A DNA stretch of 64,000 bases from an uncultured Gammaproteobacteria bacterium (lineage in GTDB: Bacteria > Patescibacteriota > Microgenomatia > 2-02-FULL-39-11): positions 13,349 through 77,348 of the forward strand of contig CAYIFB010000004.1 of the NCBI GenBank assembly GCA_964362665.1, given 5' to 3'. Both the position numbers and the translations under genes were made by a program. Positions 49,228-59,117 of the stretch are shown here, one piece after another. Numbering within the stretch: position 1 is the first letter of the stretch; each line of letters begins with the position of its first letter. The notes below the pieces were generated by a model. The model was not told where the DNA came from, made no database searches, and saw only the letters and a program-made list of their open reading frames with translations.

Positions 49228-49281
49228 ATGAGAAGCAACTCTCTCTTAAATCTCGCTCTTCTCCTCCTTGGAGAGGTGTAA
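49228..49281 (+). CDS. leuL: leu operon leader peptide
   Basis: MRSNSLLNLALLLLGEV* (7 Leu in 17 codons), between the promoter and the attenuator. Confidence 0.88.
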   Translation: MRSNSLLNLALLLLGEV

Positions 49282-49322
49282 GCGTGGTTTGAGAGGGTAA
49301 GTTCTCATTTTTTAATAAATCT

Positions 49323-49351
49323 AAATCTCTCTCAAACGAGAGATTTTTTTT
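49323..49351 (+). terminator. leu attenuator terminator
   Basis: aaatctctc-tcaaac-gagagattt plus T run. Alternative pairing of gtttgagag (49287-49295) with ctctcaaac (49329-49337). Confidence 0.88.
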
Positions 49352-50536
49352 ATGCAACAAAAAATACACATCTTTGATACAACACTTCGGGATGGCGAAC
49401 AATCACCCGGAGCAAAACTTAATACTGACCAAAAAGTTGATCTAGCCAAACAGCTTGAAAAACTGGGTGTGGATGTGATTGAAGCCGGTTTTCCTATTTC
49501 ATCACCCGGTGATTTCAAATCTGTAGAAAAAGTGGCAAAAACAATAAAAAACTGCACTGTTTGTGGTCTTACACGCGCTCTAAAACGGGATATCGATTGT
49601 GCTTATGATGCTATAAAACACGCTAAATACCCTAGAATTCACACAGGTATCGGGGCATCGGACATTCATATAAAATATAAATTTAATTCCACCCGGGAAA
49701 AAATCTTAAAACAGGCTATAGAAGCTGTGAAATACGCCAAAAAATATGTTGACGATGTTGAGTTTTATGCCGAAGACGCAGGACGAGCTGATAATAAATT
49801 TCTGGTCTTAATGATTACTGAAGCAATTAAAGCAGGTGCAACTGTGGTCAATATTCCAGATACTACGGGTTACTGTTTACCGGAAGACTGGGGAGTAAAA
49901 ATAAAATATTTATATGAAAATGTCGCCAATATCCACAAAGCTCGTGTCTCCGTACATTGTCATGATGATCTTGGTATGGCAACTGCAAATACAATCTCCG
50001 GGGTGATAAACGGAGCCAGACAAGCGGAGGTTACCATTAATGGAATTGGTGAACGGGCCGGTAACACTTCGTTGGAGGAAGTTGTCATGGCAATCCATAC
50101 CTATAGAAATTCTTTACCATTTTATACAAAGATTAATACTCATGAGCTTTATAAAACCAGCCGGATGGTCTCGGAAATCATGGGAATTCCGGTACAACCA
50201 AATAAAGCAATCGTTGGAGTAAATGCCTTTGCCCATTCGTCAGGAATTCATCAGGATGGGATAATCAAAAGACGGGAAAATTACGAAATAATAGATCCGA
50301 AAATTATCGGGTTGGATTCATCTAAAATTGTTTTGACAGCCAGAAGCGGACGAGCTGCGCTTAGGCATAAGTTAAAAAATTTAGGGATTGATTTAACAAA
50401 GGATAAATTGGATATCTTTTATAAAGAATTTTTAAATTTCGCCGATCTGAAAAAAGAAATTCATGATGATGATTTGAAAGTTTTAATTAAAATCAGCAAT
50501 GATCAAACCTTAAAAAATAAATATTCCTCTATATGA
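49352..50536 (+). CDS. leuA: 2-isopropylmalate synthase, short form without regulatory domain
   Basis: [29 protein letters not shown]; 394 aa. Confidence 0.93.
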   Translation: MQQKIHIFDTTLRDGEQSPGAKLNTDQKVDLAKQLEKLGVDVIEAGFPISSPGDFKSVEKVAKTIKNCTVCGLTRALKRDIDCAYDAIKHAKYPRIHTGIGASDIHIKYKFNSTREKILKQAIEAVKYAKKYVDDVEFYAEDAGRADNKFLVLMITEAIKAGATVVNIPDTTGYCLPEDWGVKIKYLYENVANIHKARVSVHCHDDLGMATANTISGVINGARQAEVTINGIGERAGNTSLEEVVMAIHTYRNSLPFYTKINTHELYKTSRMVSEIMGIPVQPNKAIVGVNAFAHSSGIHQDGIIKRRENYEIIDPKIIGLDSSKIVLTARSGRAALRHKLKNLGIDLTKDKLDIFYKEFLNFADLKKEIHDDDLKVLIKISNDQTLKNKYSSI

Positions 50537-51933
50537 AACCCAAGACGCTATTTGAAAAAATTTTGGGTTCTCATAGAGTATCTCTCAATCTGAATTCTCC
50601 GTCATTAATTTATATTGATATCCATTATCTTCATGAAGTGACATCTCCTCAAGCTTTTTATAATTTGAGGAAGAAAAAATTAAAAGTTCGCCGCCCTGAA
50701 AGAACTTTTGCTACTTGCGACCATAATGTTTCTACAACTAATCAATTTGAAATTAAGGATAAATTGTCGAATATTCAAATCAAGACTTTAAAAAAAAATT
50801 GCCGTGATTTTGGAATAAAACTTTACGGTTTGAATAATCCCAATCAGGGGATCGTTCATGTCATCGGGCCGGAGCTTGGAATTACCCAACCCGGTCAGAC
50901 CATAGTCTGTGGCGACTCTCATACCTCAACACACGGTGCCTTTGGCGCTCTGGCGTTCGGGATTGGCACAACTGAAATCGAACACGTTTTAACGACAAGC
51001 TGTTTGGTACAAAACCCGATGAAAACGATGCAAATTAAAATTACAGGAAATTTAAATAAAGGCGTCACGGCAAAGGATGTAATTCTGACAATACTGACAA
51101 AAATCGGGACTAAGGGCGGTTCCGGGTTTGCCATAGAATACTGCGGATCTTTAATCAATAAACTGAATATGGAAGAAAGAATGACAATCTGCAATATGAG
51201 TATTGAAGCGGGAGCCAGATGTGGAATTATAGCTCCTGACCGGAAAACTTTTGCCTATTTAAAGGGCAGATTATTTGTGCCAACAGGAAAAAAATGGAAT
51301 GAAGCTCTAAATTATTGGCAGACTTTAAAAACCGACAGAAATGCACACTTCGATAAATCAATTAATATTGATGCAAATAAAATAGAACCATTGGTCACCT
51401 GGGGTACTGATCCGTCAACAGGAATTAAAATAACACAAAAAATTCCGTCTCCCGAAACAGCGCAATCTCCTGAGGAAAAAATGTCACAGAAAAAAGCGCT
51501 ATCTTATATGAATTTGAAACCCGGCATGTCTCTTGAAGGTTTTTCTATTGATTATGTCTTTATTGGAAGTTGTACTAACGCCAGAATTTCAGATCTGAGA
51601 CAGGCTGCAATAATTGTGAAAGGAAAAAAAGTATCGGGAAGTGTAGTTGCTCTAGTCGTCCCCGGATCAAAACAGGTAAAGCTTCAGGCAGAAAAAGAAG
51701 GTTTGGATAAAATTTTTAGAGACGCAGGCTTTCAGTGGCGTTTCTCAGGATGTTCTGCCTGTATCGCCATGAATGAAGATAAAATTCCATCTGGAAAATA
51801 TTGTGTTTCTACCAGTAACCGTAATTATGAAGGCAGACAAGGCCCAGGTGCACGCACATTCTTGACAAGTCCTATCATGGCAGCTGCGGCAGCTATAGAA
51901 GGAAAAATTACTGACGTAAGAAAATTTTTATGA
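50533..51933 (+). CDS. leuC: 3-isopropylmalate dehydratase large subunit
   Basis: [35 protein letters not shown]. Confidence 0.97.
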   Translation: MKPKTLFEKILGSHRVSLNLNSPSLIYIDIHYLHEVTSPQAFYNLRKKKLKVRRPERTFATCDHNVSTTNQFEIKDKLSNIQIKTLKKNCRDFGIKLYGLNNPNQGIVHVIGPELGITQPGQTIVCGDSHTSTHGAFGALAFGIGTTEIEHVLTTSCLVQNPMKTMQIKITGNLNKGVTAKDVILTILTKIGTKGGSGFAIEYCGSLINKLNMEERMTICNMSIEAGARCGIIAPDRKTFAYLKGRLFVPTGKKWNEALNYWQTLKTDRNAHFDKSINIDANKIEPLVTWGTDPSTGIKITQKIPSPETAQSPEEKMSQKKALSYMNLKPGMSLEGFSIDYVFIGSCTNARISDLRQAAIIVKGKKVSGSVVALVVPGSKQVKLQAEKEGLDKIFRDAGFQWRFSGCSACIAMNEDKIPSGKYCVSTSNRNYEGRQGPGARTFLTSPIMAAAAAIEGKITDVRKFL

Positions 51934-52529
51934 AACATTTCATAAATATTATGTCAAATTGTATAACTATTCCGGAAGAGAATATTGATACCGACCAGAT
52001 CATCCCTGCTCAATTTTTAAAAACCACAAAAAAAGATGGCCTAGGTAAATATCTTTTTTATAATTGGCGTTTTGATAAGTTTGGTAAAACAAAGAAAAAT
52101 AATCGGTTCGACTATTCGAATCACCATATCAATAAAATATTAATTGCAGGAAATAATTTTGGTTGCGGATCAAGCCGTGAACATGCTGTCTGGGCTCTTA
52201 CCGACTTTGGATTTAAAGTTATCATCTCTTCATCTTTTGGAGATATTTTTTACACCAACTCTTTCAAAAACGGTCTGTTGTTGATTATAATCAAAAAAAA
52301 TGAAGTAGAAAAACTTTTTACGGCTGTTGAAAATCCCAAAACAAAAATAATTATAGATTTGGAAAAACAAACAATCGTCATTCCCTCAAAAAGTATTTTA
52401 ATCTCATTCCAAATCGACGAGTTTAAAAAAAATAATTTATTAAATGGTGCTGATGAGCTAGAATTCATCCTCTCACAGGAGAAAAAAATAGCAGAGTTTG
52501 AGAAAAAACATAAATTATATTTAATATGA
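51930..52529 (+). CDS. leuD: 3-isopropylmalate dehydratase small subunit
   Basis: NIDTDQIIP, NFGCGSSREHA. Confidence 0.97.
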   Translation: MKHFINIMSNCITIPEENIDTDQIIPAQFLKTTKKDGLGKYLFYNWRFDKFGKTKKNNRFDYSNHHINKILIAGNNFGCGSSREHAVWALTDFGFKVIISSSFGDIFYTNSFKNGLLLIIIKKNEVEKLFTAVENPKTKIIIDLEKQTIVIPSKSILISFQIDEFKKNNLLNGADELEFILSQEKKIAEFEKKHKLYLI

Positions 52530-53608
52530 ATAAAACTATCGCTATATTACCAGGTGACGGAATTGGCCCGGAAGTGGTCGAACAGGGTGTAAAAGTCTTA
52601 AAAGCGATAGCTTCTAAATTCCATCATCAGTTTATTTTTAAATTCGGTTTAATCGGCGCTGAAGCGATTGAAAAAACCGGTGTTCCTCTACCTGATAATA
52701 CTTTAAGTTTGTGTAGAGAATCTGATGCGGTACTCTTTGGCGCCATAGGAGATCCGAAATTTGACTTAGATCCAAAAGCTAAAGTCAGACCGGAACAGGG
52801 ACTCCTGAAACTGCGTCAATCATTAAAACTTTTTACGAATCTTCGACCTGTCAAACTTTATCAGGATTTAATAAATATTTCTCCACTCAAGAAAGAGAAA
52901 TTAAAAAATGTTGATTTAATGATTGTCAGAGAATTAACCGGCGGAATTTATTTTGGAGAGCCAAGACTTCGAAAAAATAATGGGAAAACAGCTGTGGACA
53001 CTTCAATATATTCCGTAGATGAAATTACCAGAGTTGCCAAGATTGCGTTTGAAATGGCATTAATAAGAAGAGGTAAAGTTACCTCTGTTGATAAAGCCAA
53101 TGTCTTGGAGACTTCCCGACTCTGGCGGGAAACTGTCACGGAAATTTCGAAGAATTATCCATCTGTCGAATTAAATCATATGTTTGTTGATAACGCTTCA
53201 ATGCAACTTATTAAAAATCCGTCTCAATTTGATGTTATTCTGACCGAAAATATGTTCGGTGATATTTTATCGGATGAAGCTTCGGTTTTAGCCGGATCAA
53301 TTGGACTACTCCCTTCAGCATCAATCGGTGAAAAAAATGCCTTATATGAACCGATTCATGGAGCGTTTAACAAGGCAAAGGGTAAAAATATAGCCAATCC
53401 GATCGGGTCGATATTATCCATCGCCATGATGTTGGAATTTTCCTTTAACCTTACTGAAGAAGCGCAATTAATTGAAAAAGCGATAAAAAAAACATTTTCT
53501 GAAGGATATAGAACTTCCGACCTAATTGATGTAAATACTCCTCAAAAAAAAATCTTAGGAACAAAAGAATTTACTGATTTGGTGGTAAAAAGTATCGATG
53601 AAAGTTAA
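52526..53608 (+). CDS. leuB: 3-isopropylmalate dehydrogenase
   Basis: GDGIGPEV, RELTGGIYFG, DKANV, NMFGDILSD, EPIHG. Confidence 0.97.
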   Translation: MNKTIAILPGDGIGPEVVEQGVKVLKAIASKFHHQFIFKFGLIGAEAIEKTGVPLPDNTLSLCRESDAVLFGAIGDPKFDLDPKAKVRPEQGLLKLRQSLKLFTNLRPVKLYQDLINISPLKKEKLKNVDLMIVRELTGGIYFGEPRLRKNNGKTAVDTSIYSVDEITRVAKIAFEMALIRRGKVTSVDKANVLETSRLWRETVTEISKNYPSVELNHMFVDNASMQLIKNPSQFDVILTENMFGDILSDEASVLAGSIGLLPSASIGEKNALYEPIHGAFNKAKGKNIANPIGSILSIAMMLEFSFNLTEEAQLIEKAIKKTFSEGYRTSDLIDVNTPQKKILGTKEFTDLVVKSIDES

Positions 53609-54525
53609 ACTTTAGTCAACCAAGAATTATATTTTTTCTCTTTTCCCCGTACGATATCAAAAAATAATTTTTGGATTTTGGAGGTCAATGGGCCTATTTT
53701 AGAGCCGATCACTCTACCGTCAACTTCTGCAATCCAGGCAACCTGTGCCCCTGTTCCTGTCAAAAATGCTTCATCGGCAATATATACTTCGGTTCTGTCT
53801 ATTCTTCTTTCTTCAACCGGTATCTTTAAATCTTTTGCCAATTGAAGAATGGTTCTTCTTGTAATTCCTTCCAAAACATCTTCTGATCTGGCTGATGTGA
53901 TAAGAATCCCGTCTCTGATTATAAAAAAATTAGCCCCGCTTCCTTCAGCCACGTGCCCGTCCTGGGTCAACATCAAAGCATCATCAAATCCAAGCCTGAC
54001 CGCATCTCCTTTGGCAAGTGATGAATTTATGTAGCCTCCTGTAGCTTTTATTCGTGACGGAATCATATTGTCATTAATCCTGATCCAGTTGGAAACTGCA
54101 AGTTTTAATCCTTTACTTATGGATAAATATTCCCCAAGCGGAATCATATATATGGCCAGATCAAACTTGACCGGGTGAAGATCCGGCGAAATCTCATACG
54201 AAGAGGCATAAGCAAAAGGTCTGATATAACAATCAGAATGCGGATCGTTTTTTCTTGCTAGATTAAGAGTTAAGTCTACAAGCTCCTGATGCGTCAACTT
54301 TATTGACTTATTCAAGACTTTTATAGAATTTAAAAACCTCTGGAAATGGTCTTTGAGCCGAAAGATATTTATTTGCTTTTTATCATAAGACAAATAACCC
54401 CTTATCCCTCCGAAAACTCCGGTTCCGTACTGCAGGGCATTCGTCATGATGCTGACTTTTGCTTTTTCGATTGGTACTATTTCTTTTTCAAAAAATGCGT
54501 ATGTATAAGATTTATCTCCGGCCAT
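53605..54525 (-). CDS. ilvE: Branched-chain amino acid aminotransferase
   Basis: YGTGVF.GIR.Y, K..GGY, EGSGANFF, LEGITR, TGT.A. Confidence 0.93.
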   Translation of the reverse strand: MAGDKSYTYAFFEKEIVPIEKAKVSIMTNALQYGTGVFGGIRGYLSYDKKQINIFRLKDHFQRFLNSIKVLNKSIKLTHQELVDLTLNLARKNDPHSDCYIRPFAYASSYEISPDLHPVKFDLAIYMIPLGEYLSISKGLKLAVSNWIRINDNMIPSRIKATGGYINSSLAKGDAVRLGFDDALMLTQDGHVAEGSGANFFIIRDGILITSARSEDVLEGITRRTILQLAKDLKIPVEERRIDRTEVYIADEAFLTGTGAQVAWIAEVDGRVIGSKIGPLTSKIQKLFFDIVRGKEKKYNSWLTKV

Positions 54526-54556
54526 ATTATTTTATTGGATTAATAATTATTCTGAC

Positions 54557-54973
54557 TTAACAGCAGGAACATTTCCCGCCACAATTTTCTTCGTTTCCTA
54601 AAACAGCAAGACATTCAATTTCCACCAGCGCATCTTGGGGTAAACGAGCCGCTTCTATAGTCGCCCGGGCCGGATACGGCTTTTGAAAATAAGTTGCATA
54701 CACCTCGTTCATTTGAGAAAAATCAGAAACATTTTTAAGATAAACCGTGGTTTTGACAACATCAGAAAAATCAGCTCCGGCAGATGAAAGAACGGCTTTC
54801 AGGTTTTCCAAAACCTGCTTTGTTTGCGCTGCAACTCCGCCTTCAACAAATTGATTTGTTTTTGGATCTTTCCCAACTTGCCCTGAACAAAAAATAAAAT
54901 TATTGATTACTACAGCTTGAGAATAAGGGCCTATAGCTCCCGGAGCCTTTTTGGTTTCAATTGCTTTTTTCAT
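54557..54973 (-). CDS. ridA: RidA 2-iminobutanoate/2-iminopropanoate deaminase
   Basis: AP.AIGPYSQA, SGQ, MN.VY, PAR, LP....VEIE; Cys-rich tail CGGKCSCC. Confidence 0.93.
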   Translation of the reverse strand: MKKAIETKKAPGAIGPYSQAVVINNFIFCSGQVGKDPKTNQFVEGGVAAQTKQVLENLKAVLSSAGADFSDVVKTTVYLKNVSDFSQMNEVYATYFQKPYPARATIEAARLPQDALVEIECLAVLGNEENCGGKCSCC

Positions 54974-56838
54974 TCCTTATTTTTTCCCCCTTTTTTCAAT
55001 CTTTGATAAACTAATTCATTATAACCTTTTTCAAAAGCCTCAACAGCTGCAACGATTATATCAGGAGACGTCCCTTTTTCAACAACTTGCGTACCATACT
55101 CATCTTTTAATACCATCGTCGCTTCGACTGTAGCATCCGAACCAGTAGTTGGAATTTCCACCTGAAAATCAGTAAGTCTGAATTGTGTTTTGTCTTCCTT
55201 TTTAATGGCTGAAGTTATTGAATTTATGGCCGCATCCACCGGCCCGACTCCTTCCTGACTTATGTTGTAGTGATGGCCGTTCAATAATACTTTTACTTGT
55301 GCGACTGGCTTTTTTTTCTTGAATGTTTCGATATGAAAATCTTCCACCTCCAGAGTTTTTTTCCGCCTTTCATCCTGAATAACTGTTTCGATGATAGACT
55401 GCAGATCGGCTTTGGCAATCGATTTTCCTTTCACCTTGATAAATTTCTCGACAACATTTCGAACAATATTTACTGTTGCTTCATCCAAATCCATCTTAAA
55501 CTCTTTTTTAATTGATTCTTTTGCCTGGTTAAAATTTGGCACTGTGGTAAAAATATTTTTCTCTTTCTCCGCTGCGCCTGCCGCACGCAAAGTAAGTATT
55601 CCAGTTTTTAACACCCGATCCACTTCAGTAATGATTGGTTCAATTGTTGGAGGCTCTGCCAACACTTTCAGGGTCGTTGATGGATCTTTGAGTCCGGCAC
55701 CTGTTGCTACGCAAATTATCACTTCATCCTTTTTAAGGATTTTTCGTTTTATTAATTTTGATAAAGCTGCAATGACGGTTGCTGATGACGGCTCCACGTA
55801 CAATCCTTCCATTCTTGCCAAGGTTTGTTGAGAATGAAGCGTTTCATCATCCGTTACACTAACTGCCGCACCTTTTGAGTCTTTTAATGCTGCCATAACT
55901 TTCGGAGCATCAATTGAAATACCGCTGCAGGCAATAGCCGAACAAATAGTTTGTGCTTTATCAAGCGGCTTAACCGTGCTTTGAGTTTCATACGCGGTAA
56001 CAATAGGTGAAGCACCCTCCGCCTGTACAGCTATAATTCTAGGTAATTTTTTGATGAGTCCGAGTTCATAATATTCTTTAAACCCTTTCCAAATGTAGGA
56101 AAGGTTAGTTCCCATACCAACCGGCACTAAAACCCAATCGATTGTTTCAAACCGCAATTGTTCACAAACTTCGAAGGCGAGTGACTTTTGACCTTCTCCA
56201 CGAAATGCATAATCACCGGCTAAATAAAATCCGTATTTTTCAGAAACCTTCACACACAATCCGAAAGCGTCAGTATATGTACCCCGTACTTGTATAACAT
56301 GGGCACCATATGAAAGAGCTTGAGCAAGCTTTCCTTTCGGAGTATTTTCCGGAACCAAGACGTAACAAATCATACCAATCTGTCCCGCATACGCGGCAAC
56401 TGAAGCGGCCATGTTACCTGTTGAGGCTACACAAACAGTTTTATATCCCAGTTCTTTTGCTTTATGAAGCTCTACAAAACTTCCGCGATCTTTAAATGCC
56501 CCTGTTGGATTCATGCCTTCATTTTTTATATAAAGTCTGTTCAGATTTAATTTTTTTCCTAAATTTTGCGCATGATGAAGCGGGGTATTTCCTTCGCCTA
56601 AAGTTTTTAAATTTTGCCGATTTAAAAGCGGATAAAAATCCAGATATTTTAAGACTGATGGAGGTGCAGTTTGCATAAGGTATGAATTCATTTGATTTTT
56701 TAGCATTTCATAGTCATACACGACATCGAGCGGTCCGCCGCAGAATTCGCAGACCGTACAGTTTTGCCGTTCATCTGTTCTTTTTTTGCAAACAAAGCAG
56801 TGCAAATAATAAAAACAATTACTGGTGTGATTCATCAT
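54970..56838 (-). CDS. Threonine synthase-like PLP enzyme fused to a LeuA/CimA-type regulatory domain
   Basis: Zn-ribbon CxxC...CxxC, NPTGAFKDRG, ASTGN, EGQK, GAGLKD (about aa 380), then a C-terminal domain with GVGPVDAA...L.DF.V.I...GSDA.V...G.S.DII.A...A. Confidence 0.85.
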   Translation of the reverse strand: MMNHTSNCFYYLHCFVCKKRTDERQNCTVCEFCGGPLDVVYDYEMLKNQMNSYLMQTAPPSVLKYLDFYPLLNRQNLKTLGEGNTPLHHAQNLGKKLNLNRLYIKNEGMNPTGAFKDRGSFVELHKAKELGYKTVCVASTGNMAASVAAYAGQIGMICYVLVPENTPKGKLAQALSYGAHVIQVRGTYTDAFGLCVKVSEKYGFYLAGDYAFRGEGQKSLAFEVCEQLRFETIDWVLVPVGMGTNLSYIWKGFKEYYELGLIKKLPRIIAVQAEGASPIVTAYETQSTVKPLDKAQTICSAIACSGISIDAPKVMAALKDSKGAAVSVTDDETLHSQQTLARMEGLYVEPSSATVIAALSKLIKRKILKKDEVIICVATGAGLKDPSTTLKVLAEPPTIEPIITEVDRVLKTGILTLRAAGAAEKEKNIFTTVPNFNQAKESIKKEFKMDLDEATVNIVRNVVEKFIKVKGKSIAKADLQSIIETVIQDERRKKTLEVEDFHIETFKKKKPVAQVKVLLNGHHYNISQEGVGPVDAAINSITSAIKKEDKTQFRLTDFQVEIPTTGSDATVEATMVLKDEYGTQVVEKGTSPDIIVAAVEAFEKGYNELVYQRLKKGGKNKE

Positions 56839-57317
56839 TTATATAACGCCGTTCGTCCTGTCCGGACAAACTCCAATATTTTATAAATTTTCATGTTGTC
56901 GTAAAAAGCATCAATTTTGTCTTCATCTCCCGTAACTTCAATCATCAGAGAATCTTTTGACATATTTATCACTCTGCCCCGAAAATGTTCTATAAGACGC
57001 AGTATTTCGCTTTTTTCTTCCCGGCCTTTTATTCCGATTTTAATTAAAGCTAATTCTCTGGAAACTAATAATTCGCCTAACACATCTTCAACTCTGATCA
57101 CATTAACAAGTTTATTTACTTGTCTGCAGATATTTAAAACCTGCTCTTTGTCTCCGCTGACGGTTATCGTAAACCTGGTAACTCCCTGTATTTCTGTATG
57201 TCCGACCGTGGCCGACTCGATATTGCACATTTTACGCCGGAAAAGCCATAAAATTCTATAAAAAACGCCGGGCTTATTTTCCGTCCAAATGATGATATTT
57301 GATAAGTCTTTTGTCAT
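56835..57317 (-). CDS. ilvN: Acetolactate synthase small subunit
   Basis: EN.PGV..RI..LF.R...NIES, REL.LIK, EVTG, RTG. Confidence 0.93.
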   Translation of the reverse strand: MTKDLSNIIIWTENKPGVFYRILWLFRRKMCNIESATVGHTEIQGVTRFTITVSGDKEQVLNICRQVNKLVNVIRVEDVLGELLVSRELALIKIGIKGREEKSEILRLIEHFRGRVINMSKDSLMIEVTGDEDKIDAFYDNMKIYKILEFVRTGRTALYK

Positions 57318-57318
57318 A

Positions 57319-59034
57319 TTAAATTTTCAACTCCTCTTTACAGATAACCATATCGTCGATCCCTGCTCCGGCCGGAATCATCGGAAAGACATTTTCTTCT
57401 GCTTCAACTACAAACTCCACTAAAAAGGGACCGCGGGCTTTTCTAGCTTTGGCAATTGCATATTTGGACTCTGATAACGTGGTTGCTTTCAAAGAGGGAA
57501 TACCAAAACCCTCACAAAGTTTTTGGAAATTGGGGTTTTTCAATGATACTTCTGAATAATTGCCTTTATAAAACAATTCCTGCCATTGTCTCACCATACC
57601 CAAAAAATTATTATTTAGGAGCGCTATTTTGACGGCAATTTTCTCCTGAACAATAGTTGCCAGTTCCTGCAAGGTCATTTGGATTCCTCCGTCACCTATC
57701 ACTATCCAAACTTCGCGTTTGGGATTAGCGTATTTGGCTCCCATCCCCGCAGGAAGAGCAAAACCCATTGTACCGAGACCTCCAGAGGTAAAATGACTGT
57801 TATAGGTAAGAAAATTAGAATATCTTGCTGCGTACATTTGGTTTTGACCAACATCCGCTACTATAGTCGCCAATCCTTTGGACTGCTTAGCTATTTCATT
57901 CACAACCTGTGCGGATTTGAGTTTTGGTGAATTTAATTCGATATCGTACACTTTTTCCTTTTCAATTTTTTTCCATTTCTGAAATCGGGACAGCCAACTT
58001 GGATTTTTCTTATTGATTAGCTTTGGAAAAATTTGGGTCAAAACTGTTTTCGCATCCCCCACCACACCGAGAAATGGCTTCACATTTTTACCAATTTCCG
58101 AAGGGTCAATATCAATATGGATTATTTTTGCCTGCGGCGCGTATCCTGCTACATTACTGGTCACCCTGTCATGAAAACGCATTCCAACCGCAAGCAAAAT
58201 ATCTGCTTGATTCGGGGCTTTATTTGCTGCAACATTTCCGTGCATCCCGGGCATCCCCATAAAAAGAGGGTGTGATGAAGGGATCGTAGACAGGGCAAGT
58301 TGGGTAAGGGTAATAGGAATATCCTGCCTTTCGGCGATTTTTAATAAAGTTTGTCCGTCCCCGGATAAAAGCATCCCATGTCCCGCAACGATTAATGGTC
58401 TTTCTGCATTATTTAAGAGATCCGCAATTTGCATTATTTCTATATTCGTGGCTTTCAGTTTAATTTTTTTCTTTAAATTTATGGATTTTGGGTAATTAAA
58501 CTCCGCATATGATGCTTGAGCGTCTTTGGCAATGTCGACCAGTACCGGACCTGGTCTTCCATTAGTTGATAAGTAAAATGCCTCTGTAAGACACTCTGCT
58601 ATATCTTCAGTTTTGGTAATTAAATAGTTATGCTTGGTAATAGGTAAAGTAATTCCTAAAACATCCGCCTCCTGAAAAGCATCCGTTCCGATAAGAGGAG
58701 AAGGAACCTGACCGGTAATGCAAACCATCGGAATTGAATCCATCATGGCATCAGCCAAACCTGTCACGAGATTAGTAGCTCCCGGACCGCTTGTCGCAAA
58801 ACACACACCCGGTTTACCTGTTGCCCAAGCGAAACCCTCTGCAGCATGTGCAGCGCCCTGTTCGTGCCGGACCAATACATGATGAATTTCCGGATATTTA
58901 TACAAAGCGTCGTAAATGGGTATATTAGCTCCTCCCGGATAGCCAAAAATTACGTTTATCCCCTGTCGCAGTAAACATTCACAAATAATTTCCGCGCCTT
59001 GGACTTTTTGTCCTTCTTTCAATCTAGTTTTCAT
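57319..59034 (-). CDS. ilvB: Acetolactate synthase large subunit
   Basis: FGYPGG, RHEQGA, TSGPGATN, DAFQE, GDGG, LGMVRQWQ. Confidence 0.96.
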   Translation of the reverse strand: MKTRLKEGQKVQGAEIICECLLRQGINVIFGYPGGANIPIYDALYKYPEIHHVLVRHEQGAAHAAEGFAWATGKPGVCFATSGPGATNLVTGLADAMMDSIPMVCITGQVPSPLIGTDAFQEADVLGITLPITKHNYLITKTEDIAECLTEAFYLSTNGRPGPVLVDIAKDAQASYAEFNYPKSINLKKKIKLKATNIEIMQIADLLNNAERPLIVAGHGMLLSGDGQTLLKIAERQDIPITLTQLALSTIPSSHPLFMGMPGMHGNVAANKAPNQADILLAVGMRFHDRVTSNVAGYAPQAKIIHIDIDPSEIGKNVKPFLGVVGDAKTVLTQIFPKLINKKNPSWLSRFQKWKKIEKEKVYDIELNSPKLKSAQVVNEIAKQSKGLATIVADVGQNQMYAARYSNFLTYNSHFTSGGLGTMGFALPAGMGAKYANPKREVWIVIGDGGIQMTLQELATIVQEKIAVKIALLNNNFLGMVRQWQELFYKGNYSEVSLKNPNFQKLCEGFGIPSLKATTLSESKYAIAKARKARGPFLVEFVVEAEENVFPMIPAGAGIDDMVICKEELKI

Positions 59035-59053
59035 ATAAATACTCCTTAAAACT

Positions 59054-59083
59054 AAAAAAACCTCTCATTTTGAGAGGCTTTTT
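59054..59083 (-). terminator. ilv attenuator terminator
   Basis: Minus strand aagcctctca-aaa-tgagagg-ttttttt; alternative pairing with upstream ttgggagg. Confidence 0.85.
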
Positions 59084-59117
59084 CTAATTTTTAATTTCTA
59101 ATTTTTAATTTCTAATT
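59081..59117. repeat. 14-bp tandem repeat (two heptamers) in the ilv leader
   Basis: Minus strand (aattaga aattaaa)x2 followed by aattagaaa. Confidence 0.7.

Noticed and set aside
54400-54420. ilvE GVFGGIR instead of GVFEGIR as an inactivating change
   Set aside because: The catalytic Lys and other PLP motifs are intact; treated as a variant.
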